Source: Octopus vulgaris
Lineage: Eukaryota
Length of the DNA: 64,000 bases
Direction: 5' to 3'
Assembly: GCA_951406725.2 (NCBI GenBank)
Contig: OX597818.1
Coordinates: forward strand, 72,974,001-73,038,000
The notes beneath the pieces were generated by a model. That model did no database searches. It saw nothing but the letters and a program-made list of their open reading frames with translations, and was not told where the DNA came from. The position numbers were made by a program, and so were the translations under genes. Within the stretch, counting starts at the first letter, position 1. Each line of letters begins with the position of its first letter. Shown one piece after another: positions 26,691-40,589 of the stretch.

Positions 26691-26844
26691 AATGCACCAA
26701 TGAAAGTCCTTGTTTTAAGGCACCTCGCCAAACTGTGGCTCCTAGTCACCTTCTGAAACCTTTCTTTTCTTTCAGTTTTATTCTTTACATTTATGTAAAG
26801 AATAAAACTAGAAGAAACATTTGGTATTTCAGGCACGGCTATGT

Positions 26845-27192
26845 TTTTCTTCAGGTCGAGTAGCCCACACTGCTCAAAAGGTCCTTAAATAAGGGTTGTT
26901 TAGGGATGTTGAACGAAACGCCCATGTTTCCAGAGGTGAATTATCCAAACCTTAAAGATTTCCTCCCCACACACGGCTATAGTGCTCCCCGCTACTTCTG
27001 CTCGTGATCAGAGATGCACATATCCTCAGCCACTAAGGGATATGCTCAGCTAGTTAAGGTCAAACAATTGGCAAGCAAATTTGTGATATTGAGCAGAATA
27101 TTTGCCGTAGCCCATCTTTTATATCAAAACATAACAAAGTGCATGACAACACTTCCAATCAGTTAAGATGTGAAGCCATGAAAGCCAGGGCA
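26845..27192. mobile_element. Unclassified interspersed-repeat fragment
   Basis: Non-coding block bordered by (TTA)n; recalled as octopus-type repeat, probably the same family as 27838 and 43940 (unverified). Confidence 0.35.
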
Positions 27193-27201
27193 TTATCATT
27201 G

Positions 27202-27254
<53 letters not shown>

Positions 27255-27289
27255 GTTATTATTATTATTGTTGTTATTGTTGTTAACGC

Positions 27290-27476
27290 AGCCTGCTGTC
27301 AGAATCATTAGTACGACGGACTAAGTGTTTAGCTGTATTTCGTCCGTCTTTTTGTTCCAAGCCCAAATCCCATCGAGGTCGAATTTATGTTTTATCGTTT
27401 CGAGGTCAATATAATAAGTACCAGTTGAGCACTCCTCCCGAAATTTCTGGCCTTGTGCGAAAATCTGAAACCATTA
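27290..27476 (+). mobile_element. Degenerate Nin-like SINE
   Basis: cagaatcattagtacg...gaggtcgaattt...aagtaccagttgagcact. Confidence 0.7.
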
Positions 27477-27480
27477 AGAA

Positions 27481-27516
<36 letters not shown>

Positions 27517-27517
<1 letters not shown>

Positions 27518-27764
27518 GACGTCTCATAGTATGCAATATCATCAGGTTGTTGATTGAAGAAATTATGTCTACTTTAGGTGTGTACTCTTTGTCAAGTCAC
27601 CGTGCAGTTCTAAGTAATGCCGACTTTTGCAATACATCAAAAGTGTAGGGTAACTTTAAGGTTTTCAGATGTTTTTTTTCAAAATGGGTGGTATTGAACC
27701 CAATGCTCCGATGACAATAGGGATAACGCCTATGTTCGATTCTCGTACCTTCCACATCATGGCG
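27517..27764 (-). mobile_element. 5'-truncated Dong-like 3' end inserted inside a (TAA)n repeat
   Basis: MWKVRESNIGVIPIVIGALGSIP...DVLQKSALLRTAR; (TTA)n on both sides. Confidence 0.8.
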
Positions 27765-27829
<65 letters not shown>

Positions 27830-27837
27830 GATCATTA

Positions 27838-27975
27838 TTGAGTGAGAGGGCAGTGCATGCCTTCAAATTGACACTGGGGTACAAACATATGAAGCCCACT
27901 ATACCCATTATGACAACCCATCTGATAAGAGTACACCACGCACATGCATCATAACCTTATGTGCTCGACATGGTA
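27838..27975. repeat. Interspersed repeat, homologous to 43940-44090
   Basis: gagtgagag(g/a)gcag...atacccattatgac...ctgataag...cacatgcatca in both; both follow (TTA)n. Confidence 0.8.
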
Positions 27976-28165
27976 GTTTATCCGGAAAATACTCTTAGCA
28001 ATATTTCATCCGTCTTCACGTTCTGAGTTCAAATTTCACCGAGGTAAACTTTGCCTTTCATTCTTTCGGTGTCAATGAGGTAAATATTAGTCAAGTACTG
28101 GTGTCGATGTAATCGACTGGTCCACCCTCCAATTTCATTCCATGGGCCTATATTAGAAAGGATTA
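27975..28165 (+). mobile_element. Nin-like SINE copy
   Basis: ttctgagttcaaatttcaccgaggtaaactttgcctttcattctttcgg. Confidence 0.75.
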
Positions 28166-30524
28166 TTAATATTAGTGTTGTTGTTATATTTTAAAGTCCT
28201 ACCAGAAATCAAGTTTGCATATGGGAGGCCGATAACATAATGAAATATGGAAATGAGTGTGTCCAGAGGCGTTCCCTGGTGGAAAACACAGAGAAGTCGC
28301 AATATTCTACTGCAACACGTTTAGAAGAGATGCTGAATATATACTAGTATAATGTTATGTACGGATCTTTTCTCAGAGAACTTTAAAGCAACAGCAACGC
28401 TAACAAACAGATTAGACTATCCTCGACTAACAACTGAGATATTATGCCTCCCTTTGAAGTATAAGTTTTTGCAGTACAAGGGAAGTACATATTTACAAAA
28501 ACTTGATGTACGAAGAAAGGACTGCAATGTAGGTACACTAGTGTCTCCATCAGATGCAGGTTGTAAAACTAGCATTAAAATTGCCGCCTATATCGCAAAA
28601 CCTGCACAAAATGTCATAGTATGATCTATGAAACATGATGTCAATGTTATATCATTAAATAATAAAATCCGTAGAAAGGATTATCCTGAAGAGACAAATG
28701 TAAGAAACTAGAGTAACGTGAATGGCAAAACCGCATATAATCCGAAAAAAATTAGTGGGATATACTTGTCAAGGCGTTTTGGAATTGGCATTAAAATGCC
28801 GTCATTCACTTTTTTCCGTTCTGACTGTCTACAGTGTGATTGTATAATAAGGACGATAGGCTTTCATGACTGTTTCATATGTCTAGTAAATTTAAGCGAT
28901 TTATGAACCCATTAACGGCTGAGGATCAATTGATGTACTGCATAGCAAAGCTTAGTACGGAAAGTCATATATAAAATGTCTGTAAAAATCTGTAAACACC
29001 GAGAACAGGAAAACGATGAAGATCAAAAGAAATATGCATTAAATATAAGGCTCGATGACAAAATGTGTCTATATATGAAGGTGAATGTTAGAACAAAGAT
29101 ATAAATTTGTAAGATTGGTTCTCCTGTCTCTCAATGTCTAATGTGTCTAGTTAGTCCACTCTATAAATTATCTTGTAAACTGGAACTGTAAGATTCACCA
29201 ATATTTTTCAATACTTCTACTTCTCACGTATCAATAAAGCTAACCAAATATTGACAGACTCATAACAACAAATGGCTAAGCAATGAATAGTTAAATATTC
29301 TACCACACCGAAAATGAGTGAACTCCGTTGATCTGTTGCTTTAGACTTGTAACGAACATCTAAACTTTTTGATAAATGGCAGGTGTAAATATAATTTTCA
29401 TGATTACCCAACCAATATTCGACGTATAAAAGCACATTTGTAGACGTTTAATCAATATATATCACCTAATATATAATCTACGTGACTGGCAAAGTCGCTG
29501 CCCCGAATTTTACCAATTGGTTGCAAAATATTTCTTAGAAATATTTTACAAACCAAAATATGAATACATGTACAAAGTGGACATGCATGTTTTGTCTGCA
29601 GAAAACATTTCTGGTTTCTACTTAACAAAGTCCTAACAGATCTGTCAATAATTCTCGGAGGAACGACTTGCTGGTAATAATAATTTACTTTTAGTTGTAG
29701 TTCATGCTGTGCGAAGTAATATCTATATATGTGTGAGCGTGTGCGTATGAGAGTGTATGTGCGTTGCATCTTAGAGAGATCGTTTTGCTTAATTAATCTC
29801 GTTTTTATATTATTAGTATTAGCCAGTAAGTTACATAACTAATCAACTAATCGATTATTTGACAAAGGGATTGATCAAACACTCCGCTTGTCAGCGCCGT
29901 TTAGTCGCAATCCCTTTATTAACATGCCCACGTCCACTCAAATTTGACATGCTAATTTTCTTGTGATACATAAAAGGTCATATCTATTCAGCTAAATAGA
30001 TGTTTTTACAACGCTTGAGTCTTAGGATATACAACGTTTCAGGGTATAAAAAATAAATTGAATGCATAGTTTACATTTAGGGACTCAGAATCATATCATC
30101 TCTCTCTCTTTCTTGGTCTCTCTCTCTCTCTTCGTCTCTCTTTCTTTATCTCTCTCTAACTCTCTCTCTTCCTTTCTCTCTCTCTCTCTCTATATATATA
30201 TACACTTATATAAATGTCCTATATATATATATGTATATGTATGTGCGTGTTGTATGTGTGCGCAGGTGTGTGCGCGTGCATGTCCGTACCCATGCAAGTG
30301 ATTGTTCATAAATATAGATTTGTGTGTATGCCTGTGTATAAATATATGTGCTTATTATGTGTATATGTAATGTATGTATATGTGTGTATATCTATATACG
30401 TTTTTCGCTAATATTTGCAATTTCAGTTTATATAATCACCGATACATAAAAACATATATTCATACATACATATGTACATACATACATTTTATCAATCAAT
30501 GATTAATGATTTTAAAAATATATA

Positions 30525-30775
30525 CATATCGCGTGATCACTTGACCGACCAAACTATCAAACGCTGCCCACAATGTGTTTTTGCATTGTTTTAGCCTTCA
30601 AATGACACGACTCTGCTGGCTAGGCGAGCAGGCCCACTGATCGAAAGTAGGACTGAGCAACATGAAACGAAGTCATTTGCCCAAGATCATAACACGCCGC
30701 CCAATCAGGGAATCGAACCCACGATCTAACGGTCGTAAGTGCAACATCCTATTCACCAGGCCACGAACCTTCACC
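30525..30775 (-). mobile_element. tRNA-derived CORE-type SINE (second family)
   Basis: Minus strand: gtggcctggtg (A box), gggttcgattccc (B box), gatcttgggcaaatgactt (CORE-like). Confidence 0.7.
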
Positions 30776-32629
30776 CTCCTCCCACACACATGGATATTTG
30801 TGTTGAAAATAAAAGTCTTTAGATGGGATAAACTGCCATCCTTACTTTGCAGGGTATTTATAAACCCTGGCAGTATTACCATATCGAGTAGTAAGCATGC
30901 TTAGTACTTATATAAGTTGAAGTAAACCTCGACTTTTTACCAGCGTGATTATCTAATAGTTAAGGATAACTCACTTCTGTAAACAACTGTTTACACATTT
31001 CCATTCCAGATACTTGGTAGATTATGGAAGGGAGTCTAAAACTGATTAGTTTTAGACTCACTTCCACAATCTACGTATATGATACTTCTAGGTATTAGAT
31101 GTTGTTGCATGTGGTGTAGTAAGCAGTGCATGCGTAAAGAATTAATTATTCCCTGACAGTAAGTGAAGATATCATATATAAAAGTTTTAAAGCGATTTAA
31201 ATCTATATTTCAACAAAATCTATGAATATGAGGTTATAAGATTTATGACTGTTGGATCAAGTCGGTAGAAACAACTGCAATAATCACACCGCCTTACATG
31301 AGGCTAGCACGTGATAGCAATGAATATAATGCTTTTTTATCATGTATCCGCTTGTTAAGGGACGACTTGAAACTAAATATCAAGACCAACAGGAACGTTT
31401 ACGCGTGTAAGTTTAGTGAACCATCGACATATCCGATTAGGCAAACAGCTTCTGTGCTTTTGTAAATGAATTATTTTTCAGAAAATATTTAGGTAAATTT
31501 TGAAACGTGTGCATGTGTACTTATCAAAATTTTTCCAATATTTTCAGGAAATCGTTGTTTTGAATCTATAAGTTAATGAATATTAATCAGGACAGATAGA
31601 AATACGAACTCAGCCCAAATTGGGGTGGAAACTATGAGAATATATAATGAATTAGATATCTGGTTATATACATATAATAACAGCATTTTGTGGGGCAATG
31701 GTACAATATGGTCTCGCAGATCTTTACAAACAAGGAATAAAGAACAAAAGGAAAAACAGAAAAGAAAGAAAGAAAGAAACTGTTATGAAATAGGATCAAG
31801 TCGCTAGGTGAAGAAATGCAACGAAACTACACAAGGAAATGGAGAGCATGTCTCTTGGCACTAAATCATATTTAAATGTATTTGAAACTAATCTTATTTT
31901 AAATTATTTAAAGATTTTGTGAAGAAGATGAAATTAGTCATAGAAAACAAAACACTAAACTTGATCACAAGTAGAAATACTTCATGTGTAATGACGCAAC
32001 GAAGACTAAATTCCTAAAAATAACTAATTTGTGAAGCAATGAATCAATGCAAAACTAGCAAAATATACCCGCAACAATTTACATCCAAACAAAATGACAA
32101 TAAAAAAACAGCTTTCATTCTGTAAGCGAAAGAAAAATCCAATTAAATTCAGAGAACTCACCCAAATAAAGATTCATTAATCCTCTCACCAAGAAAAATC
32201 AGCATAAAGATTTCGAATATTGTAAACGCTGATACAAAACAGGTTAGAAATTTGAATCTCACGCACAAAACTGCATCGGTTTCACGTGACTTAACGTCGG
32301 CGACAATAAACATATAATTTATAGAACATCGTTAAGATTTCTTTTTCGAATGATTTACTTCTATTTCTATAAGTCATTTATTCCATTTCAGGGAACATTC
32401 TCTAACTTAATACAAGGTAAGCAGATAAGGATAAATACATACATACATACATACATACATACATACATACATACATACATACATACATACATACATACAT
32501 GCATACATACATATATACATACATACGTAAGTACATATGTATGTTTGTATGTATGTTTGTATGTATGTTTGTATGTATGCATGCATGCATGTATGTATGC
32601 ATGTATTTATGTATGTATGACTATAACTT

Positions 32630-33055
32630 TTATATTTTTCTTATTTCAGTCATTCTACTGTGACTATGCTGCAGCAACGCCTTCAAGGGTTTTCGGGAGT
32701 AAGTATCGACCACTTTATTTATTTTTTTAAGGCCTGGTACTTCATATATCGGTCTCTTTTTCGAATGCAAAGTTACGTCAACATAGGCACACCAGCACCG
32801 GTTGTCAAACGGTAGTGGAGTACAACACAGACACAAAAACACACGCGCCCACACACACGCGCGCGCACACACAAACACACACACATATGAGTATACAACG
32901 GGCTTATTTCAGTTTCTGTCTAGCAAATCCCCTCACAACATTGTGGTCGACAATAGTAGAAGGCACTTGCCTAAATTTCCACGCAGAAGTACAGAATCCT
33001 GAATCATGTGGTTGAGAAGCTAGCTTCTTACCGCAGAGCCCATGTCTGCTGCTAT
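32630..33055 (-). mobile_element. Diverged CORE-SINE
   Basis: Colinear with the 5372 copy; further 3'-end fragments at ~33150-33270 (-) and ~33590-33670 (+). Confidence 0.75.
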
Positions 33056-33349
33056 GTATGCGCTTGAAAAGCGTGGTCATCCAACTATTAAATACGTATG
33101 TATATCACATACATACTCATCGTAAATATATAAATCTTTTATTTTTTAATCTTTTACTTGCGTCAGTAACTGGACTGCAGCTATGCTGGGGCATCGTATT
33201 GAAAGGTTTCTAGTCGAACAAATTGACCCACAGTACCTATATTTCTTATAAAAAAAACATGGTACTTATATTTGGGAAACACAGGCACGGACACATATGT
33301 AATGATATGTGTGTGCGCGTGTGTGTGTTTGTGTGTGTCTGTTTGTAAT

Positions 33350-33388
<39 letters not shown>

Positions 33389-33454
33389 GGGGAGAGGGAG
33401 AGAGGGAGATGGGGAGAGAGAGACAGACAGACAGATGGATAGATAGATAGTTAG

Positions 33455-33549
<95 letters not shown>

Positions 33550-33879
33550 TGTGTGCGTGTGTGTGCATGTATCTGTTTGTCTCGGACCACTGCTTGGCTA
33601 AAAGAATTCACGGCGTCGATCCTGACATGGCTACAGTCTAATAACTGAAGCAAGTAAAAGATAGAAAAGGTAAAAGATTCTAAATGTGAGCAGTTGAGTT
33701 GCTAGAAGGAAGTGGAGGGGATGGTCCCCTCCGGGCGGCACTTTTACGGGAGTGGTATCACTTTCGGATCTGTTGCAGACAAAATGTATTCTTTGAGGGG
33801 GCCCGAGGAAGGCAAATTGAAGAACCACCCCTCGCGGTACGTACTCCAGCTACGCCAGTGAATGTGAGGCACAGTTCAA

Positions 33880-34140
33880 AAAGACACCAACCGCTCTGCC
33901 TGCGACAGCAAGACTGATCTGGTGACCAAGATCATGGAGGTGATCGAAGACTTTCCCAGGATCATAGGTTCCGGAGGCATCTTGTGGCCTGGAGGAAACT
34001 GAAGGTATCTACTCTGAAAAAACTGTAACGAGCATAATCTGTTTGATATTTCTAAACTCTTTCAAATAATTTTATTATTGGATAGGATATTGTGCTTCAT
34101 TTTCCTTTTATGTGAACTCTCAAATTTCACTCGAAAACTT
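33880..34140 (+). mobile_element. Possible Tc1/mariner (maT-like) 3' remnant
   Basis: TNRSACDSKTDLVTKIMEVIEDFPR resembles a transposase C-terminus. Confidence 0.3.
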
Positions 34141-34184
34141 TATGTATGTATGTATGTATGTATGTATGTATGTATGTATGTATG

Positions 34185-34215
<31 letters not shown>

Positions 34216-34663
34216 GTATGTATGTATTTATGTAAGTATGTGTTTATGCATCTTATTAATAACATGGAACAGCAATGCTGGTGTGGCAACAAACATTACT
34301 TTCCAGCATTGCTACTAGTTACATCACTTACAGACAATTTAGAGCTAGTTAGTTCGCTTGTTGTAAGATCAGCAGCTGGTTGTCGCTTATTTGTTTATAT
34401 ATTGCGAGTAGGGACGAATGTCTCCTATCTCTAGCAGGCAAGTAACCATTCCTGATCTACTGGTCTTGTCACACTGGGCACTTACTCGCAATATATCTGA
34501 TACAGGTTGTTTTTCATTCACCAGCTACAAAGTATTTTCATGGGGTTAAAACGCAGTAACATAGTTATGCATGGACCAGTCACACTGAAGTAGCAACAAA
34601 TATTACTTTTCAGTATCGATACTACTTGCATCACTTATAGAGATTTTAGAACTAGCTACGTTG

Positions 34664-34698
<35 letters not shown>

Positions 34699-35385
34699 AT
34701 TTAATACAACTAAATTATGCACAGGCGATTACATGTGCCTTTATACACACACACATATGTCTACAAACTTATAAACCCTTATCCGGAGCCTGTATTGTAA
34801 TTCGCTTATATCTTGCCAGGGATGATGCACATTTTCTCCAATACGTTGATCAAAATAAAGTGACATGCACGATCGCTTTTACTGATTAAGAATGAAGATA
34901 ATTCGAGTAAGCAGAATATCGAAACTCTGACCAGATCAGAACATACTCTGTACCTTTGCTGTTCTTTTACAATATCCTCTACATTTATTTAATATCGATG
35001 TAATTTGACAAATACAAATCTCCCGTCTTTAACTCTTGAGTTAATAGATTATATACCAATAATGTTATATAGATCATTATATTGATACCTCATCTAAAAA
35101 TGATGACAATGTCGGACTTTGATTTTAAATAGGTACCAAAGTACGTCTAATTGGTTTATAACTTGAATAACAACATGAAGCCTAATTAATTAGGAAATAT
35201 TTTTTACAGGATAACATTTAGTAAAGCTCACCCGCTGTTTGCTAGACATTATTAGACTAGAGACTGTATAGAAAATAATATTAGAGTATTTATATATATG
35301 TATCTCCCTCCTCTTTCTCCCTTTCTTTCCCATCCCCCTCTCTCTCCCTCTCTTCCCCATCTCTCTCTCTCCCTATATATATATA

Positions 35386-35912
<527 letters not shown>

Positions 35913-36899
35913 CTAAACCGGAGACTATATTATTCACAGCGTATTGACCTCAGGTAAGTCTACGCGATCGTATGATTAGTAATTACGTGGCCTCATAAAG
36001 CTGAGTTACATCTGTAAATAATCTTCTTTCAAAGATAAATAATGTTTACGTTTGTATGATATATTATTACCTTATAGATTTTGATATAAATAGAGAGGTA
36101 AATGATATAGAACAATGAATGTAATTGTCGTCTCCTTGTTGTATATGTAGAATATATCAGGCTACCTGGCAACGCATACGTTCGATAAAATTAAATCTCC
36201 CAGAAGCTGAAGTTGCATTTCTCTCAAATACTACCTCACCGCCTCAGAAAAGTTAAGGATATTTTAGAAAACATTGTAGCTGATTTGTTGAAATAAACAG
36301 CTGATAACGGCTAGAATAATTTTCATCGTAGAAATAACAGATCAAGCTTAAATTTTGGCGATACGCTGATGACACGACTACCACAACTAACAATATCGTT
36401 ATCATCTCATTTACAACTACAACGTTATAATATTAAATGGATAGCACAAAGAACCCCCCAAATCAGTAACCTAACTCTCATCCTTATATTTTCAGAACTG
36501 AGAGATTACTCTTAGTTATTAAGTAACTGGAGCTTCATCTTTAGGGCGCTAAACCGGAAATTTGATTGCACAAAAGCCAGTCTCTCTCTCTCATTCTTTA
36601 TCTTTCTCTTTCTCGATCTTACAATTTAAAGGAGAGGTTGGACCGATAGCGATGCGGTTGGGAAAAATATTAAGGGTAACATTAGTCAGCCACTGAGGTG
36701 GCATTCTAAACTTACTTTCAAGATTTCTACCTCATGCGTATTCTTTAAAGCATGAACAACCACAAGAGAGTGGCGCACTTTAACATAAGGTGGTGGTGTG
36801 TTTATCTGATAATTACTAGTGGAATATTTTCATAAGGCGTCAGGCTTATAAATGGAAATAAATATTACCAGTTGAATGGTAATTTATCTTACACCAAGA

Positions 36900-36952
<53 letters not shown>

Positions 36953-37562
36953 CGAAATTATAGGAATACGAAATTAAAGGAATACGAAATTATGACATGA
37001 ATTGTATTAGCCTCCCACTGTTTTTGCCATAAGATGCAATGATCTCATAATTGAATGCCTGTATATCACCCCATAGCTTCAAATTGCTTCAAACATGTCC
37101 AATGGTAATAATAAAATACAAAATATCCCGTCCAGGAGAGTTCTAACAACTAATAATCCCTTGACATTGGAAAAACTTTGTGGGAACTTCGCTAAGGAAC
37201 ATGCCTATATCAACAATGAAAGCTTATATCGAATACTTCTACAATGTACCGTACCAAAGACTGTATTAGAAGAATGAGAGGGTGCGTTTAAGACTTTTAC
37301 TAAAAGAAGCCAGACAACAGCTTCGAACAATCGAACCTAACCAGCCGTTCAAACTGCAATAATTCATTGTCATCTCCTAATTTTCTGCTGCTATCTCTGA
37401 AGAAATTTCAAACAACAATATATCCAACACTATATCCAACACCACTACTGGAGGTTTCTCCGAAGCTAAACTTGTCATTTAAAGAATACACTCAATAACA
37501 CGTTGTAGTGGTCAAATATTTTGAACCTACACTCCGAGGTCTTTATACATATATATATATAG

Positions 37563-37657
37563 AAACCCTCCTTCTTCCATTTTCCTGAGCGCCTAATAAT
37601 AATAATACTGTAATTGTTCCACGTGTTGTTGTTTTTTCTGTTTTCCCGTTTGGATTA

Positions 37658-37709
<52 letters not shown>

Positions 37710-37859
37710 TATATATGTCTTCCCTTCTCCTATGTTTCCGACGAAGAGCTCCGCTCGAAACGTTATACCCTCCTTCTTCCATTTTCCTGAGCGCCTAATA
37801 ATAATAATACTGTAATTGTTCCACGTGTTGTTGTTTTTTCTGTTTTCCCGTTTGGATTA

Positions 37860-37920
<61 letters not shown>
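37563..37920 (+). mobile_element. Tandem 202-nt unit with a minimal hammerhead motif (PLE pseudo-LTR or retrozyme-like)
   Basis: ccctccttcttccattttcctgagcgcc...ggattaacct-(TA)n twice; GUUU-CCGACGA-A-GAGC-UCC-GCUC-GAAAC-GUU between them (37734-37768). Confidence 0.75.
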
Positions 37921-37931
<11 letters not shown>

Positions 37932-38550
37932 TATATACAAATTTATATATGTACATATATATATAGAAATGTAAATATATATAGGGGTATATACAGAGGG
38001 AAACAGAAACTGAAAACATTCAGAGGTGAACACTCATGTATAAGTCATGAATGGCTGTTTATTTACAAAAACAAATTTACATGGTGTACAAAAAATACAG
38101 GAAAGTAAGCGGGCGGGTCATCTTATTTCAAGTCCACCAGCTGCATCTGGGCTCTCAGAATTATGTAATAGTTGTGATGTTCACAGATGGACTGTGCAAG
38201 AAGTTATGGATATGTAACCAGTAGTGGATGCATATAAACACTAGCTTAAAACCGGCCTCCGTTGTCAGGGCGGAAAGATCGGCAACTATATACAAGGTAC
38301 AATAGGTAAATTGTCGCCTATATTAACTTCTTAGGAATGATGGTTAAAAAGTGTAAACGGATATACATACATACATACATACGTACATACATACATACAT
38401 ACATACATACATACATACATGTTTGAGTGTGCATATGTATTAATGTGTTCATGTACATGTAGGTGTATATATGCGTATATACATATATGCGTGGATATGT
38501 GTGTAGGTGTGTATGTATATGTGTGAGTATATGCGTGTGTCTTTGTGCAA

Positions 38551-38588
<38 letters not shown>

Positions 38589-39147
38589 GGACGTATAGAT
38601 ACATATATGTATGCGTACTTGCATATATGCAAATTTTCTTAACTTTACTTATACCGTATACACAAATATTCCGTTCTTTTATTAGCTATAAACATGCCTT
38701 ATTTATATTTAAATTTCCTCTGTCATCTCTTTTTAATTTATTCAGTTATTGTTCTAAGTATATTTACCTGATGTATCTTATCTCCAATCGACACCATTGC
38801 CCGAACCTGTAAAAATGCAAATCATAAACACCATCACTCATCTGCTATAATGAATCCATAAACACACTTATAAAACGTCCAAGGATATATTTATTTCCTC
38901 TGAAAATATTATTAACAGGTTATGTAAATTTAATATTTACATGATATTTACTGAGTATTAATTGAAACAGCTTTAAGTGATGACGATTAATTTGGTATTA
39001 ATGATAAACAATGATTAATGTCCCAATCTCTATTTACTTTATCTTCTTTCATATGGATATAAACTATGTGTTATATATGTATATATGCATATATATATAT
39101 ATATATACAAGGCCAAAGAGAGACATATATATATATATATATATATA

Positions 39148-39186
39148 TAGCATTATGACCTGTCATTGCCGGGTCATAGTGCTAGT
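39148..39186 (+). mobile_element. Helitron-like 3' terminus (hairpin plus CTAG|T)
   Basis: tagcattatgacctgtcattgccgggtcatagtgctagt. Confidence 0.5.
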
Positions 39187-39968
39187 GCATGTATATATGT
39201 GTGCATATTACATGTACATCTATATATATACACCTACACATAAAATACAAAATGCAAAGTTATATCTTGATATCGCTAGTGATAACAATACTCAAAATAT
39301 ATAACAGACTGGAATTTTAAGCCCGTCTCTTGCAATTTCGATCAATTGTATCTTGTCCTCCCTCTTGTATAGAAGTGTGGCTACAATCCATCCTACCTGT
39401 ACTGCTGGGGGGGCATTTTAAATTTTTATCCGGGACGTCCTACGTCCCAGATATAAAGTTAAAAATAAAATACTTCCACTTTGCAAGTTCGAGTCGAGTA
39501 CTCCCTTGCACGCTCCGTTGACTCGAACCTTGCTTCTATTGTGGCGAATTTACCGCCTCTGTTTAGATATCTTTCATAGTCGCACCAAGACACTTTTCGA
39601 TGGTGCTTTCCTCCAGGTATTCAAATCTTTTTTCTCTACATTATATACTTTATAGACAATAGTCTTTTCTTTAATTAACTTTTTTATTATCCATCTGGAC
39701 TATTCCATTTCTGCACGCTAATTTTATTTTAAATTTATTCCCATTCATGTGAAACCACTTATTCAAGTCCAAGTCATTGATGCAATTTTATACCAATTGC
39801 TATTTTTACTTTTGTTATGTTACGATTATATGATACTTTAGTTTGATTTTAATTATTACTTACAACATATAATTCAATTGTTATTATTATTTTAATTGTT
39901 AAAGTGAAAGCATCTGACATAAAATAGAGAAATGTTTTTGTTTCACTTTTAACACGTAATACTGAAAT

Positions 39969-40299
39969 AGTGGAGAAGATATGATATTGCTATGGGCTCG
40001 CTCTAGGCAAGAAGTTGAACATTTGTTTGCCCATGAAACTACATGGACCCTAAGTAAAGCATGTGTAAAATTTGAATGAAATGGGTTGTGTAGTTCTCAA
40101 GTTTTAGGGAATCGCAGTGGAGAAGATATGATATTGCTGTGGGCTCGCCCTAGGCAAAAAGTAAAATTTTTTTGCCGATGAAACTCCCCGGACCCTAAGT
40201 AAGGCATGTGTAAAATTTGAATGAAATTGGTTGTGTAATTCTCAAGTTTTAGGAAAACAGACAGACAGACACACATTCTCAGTTTTATATATAGAGAGA
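39969..40299 (-). mobile_element. Helitron/Helentron-like 5' region with a 147-bp tandem duplication
   Basis: agtggagaagatatgatattgct... at 39969 and 40116; (acag)n, then the minus strand starts TCTCTCTATATATAAAA. Confidence 0.6.
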
Positions 40300-40589
40300 T
40301 ATATATGTATATATGTTCAGCAAAATTTAGATTCAAATGAATATGGTACTTAAGTCCGAGGCACCAGAATTTTGTATGGTATTATCCATATAAATCCATG
40401 GGGTGATAATAATCAAAATTATATATATATATATAAATATATATATATATAACATTATTTTAAGGAAATAAATTTCACTGAAATACTAGGTATTGAACCC
40501 GTATTTCCTTGAATGAAACCGTCCTTTCATAAGGTTAACACAACGTCTAATATATGTGTATGTATGTATTATATATGTATATATATATA

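Noticed and set aside
30690-30775. tRNA-like sequence
   Set aside because: A and B boxes run straight into a CORE-like SINE body; no proper cloverleaf.
35939-35952. 14-nt micro-exon-like CAG|...CAG|GTAAGT
   Set aside because: Expected by chance in 64 kb; no supporting context.
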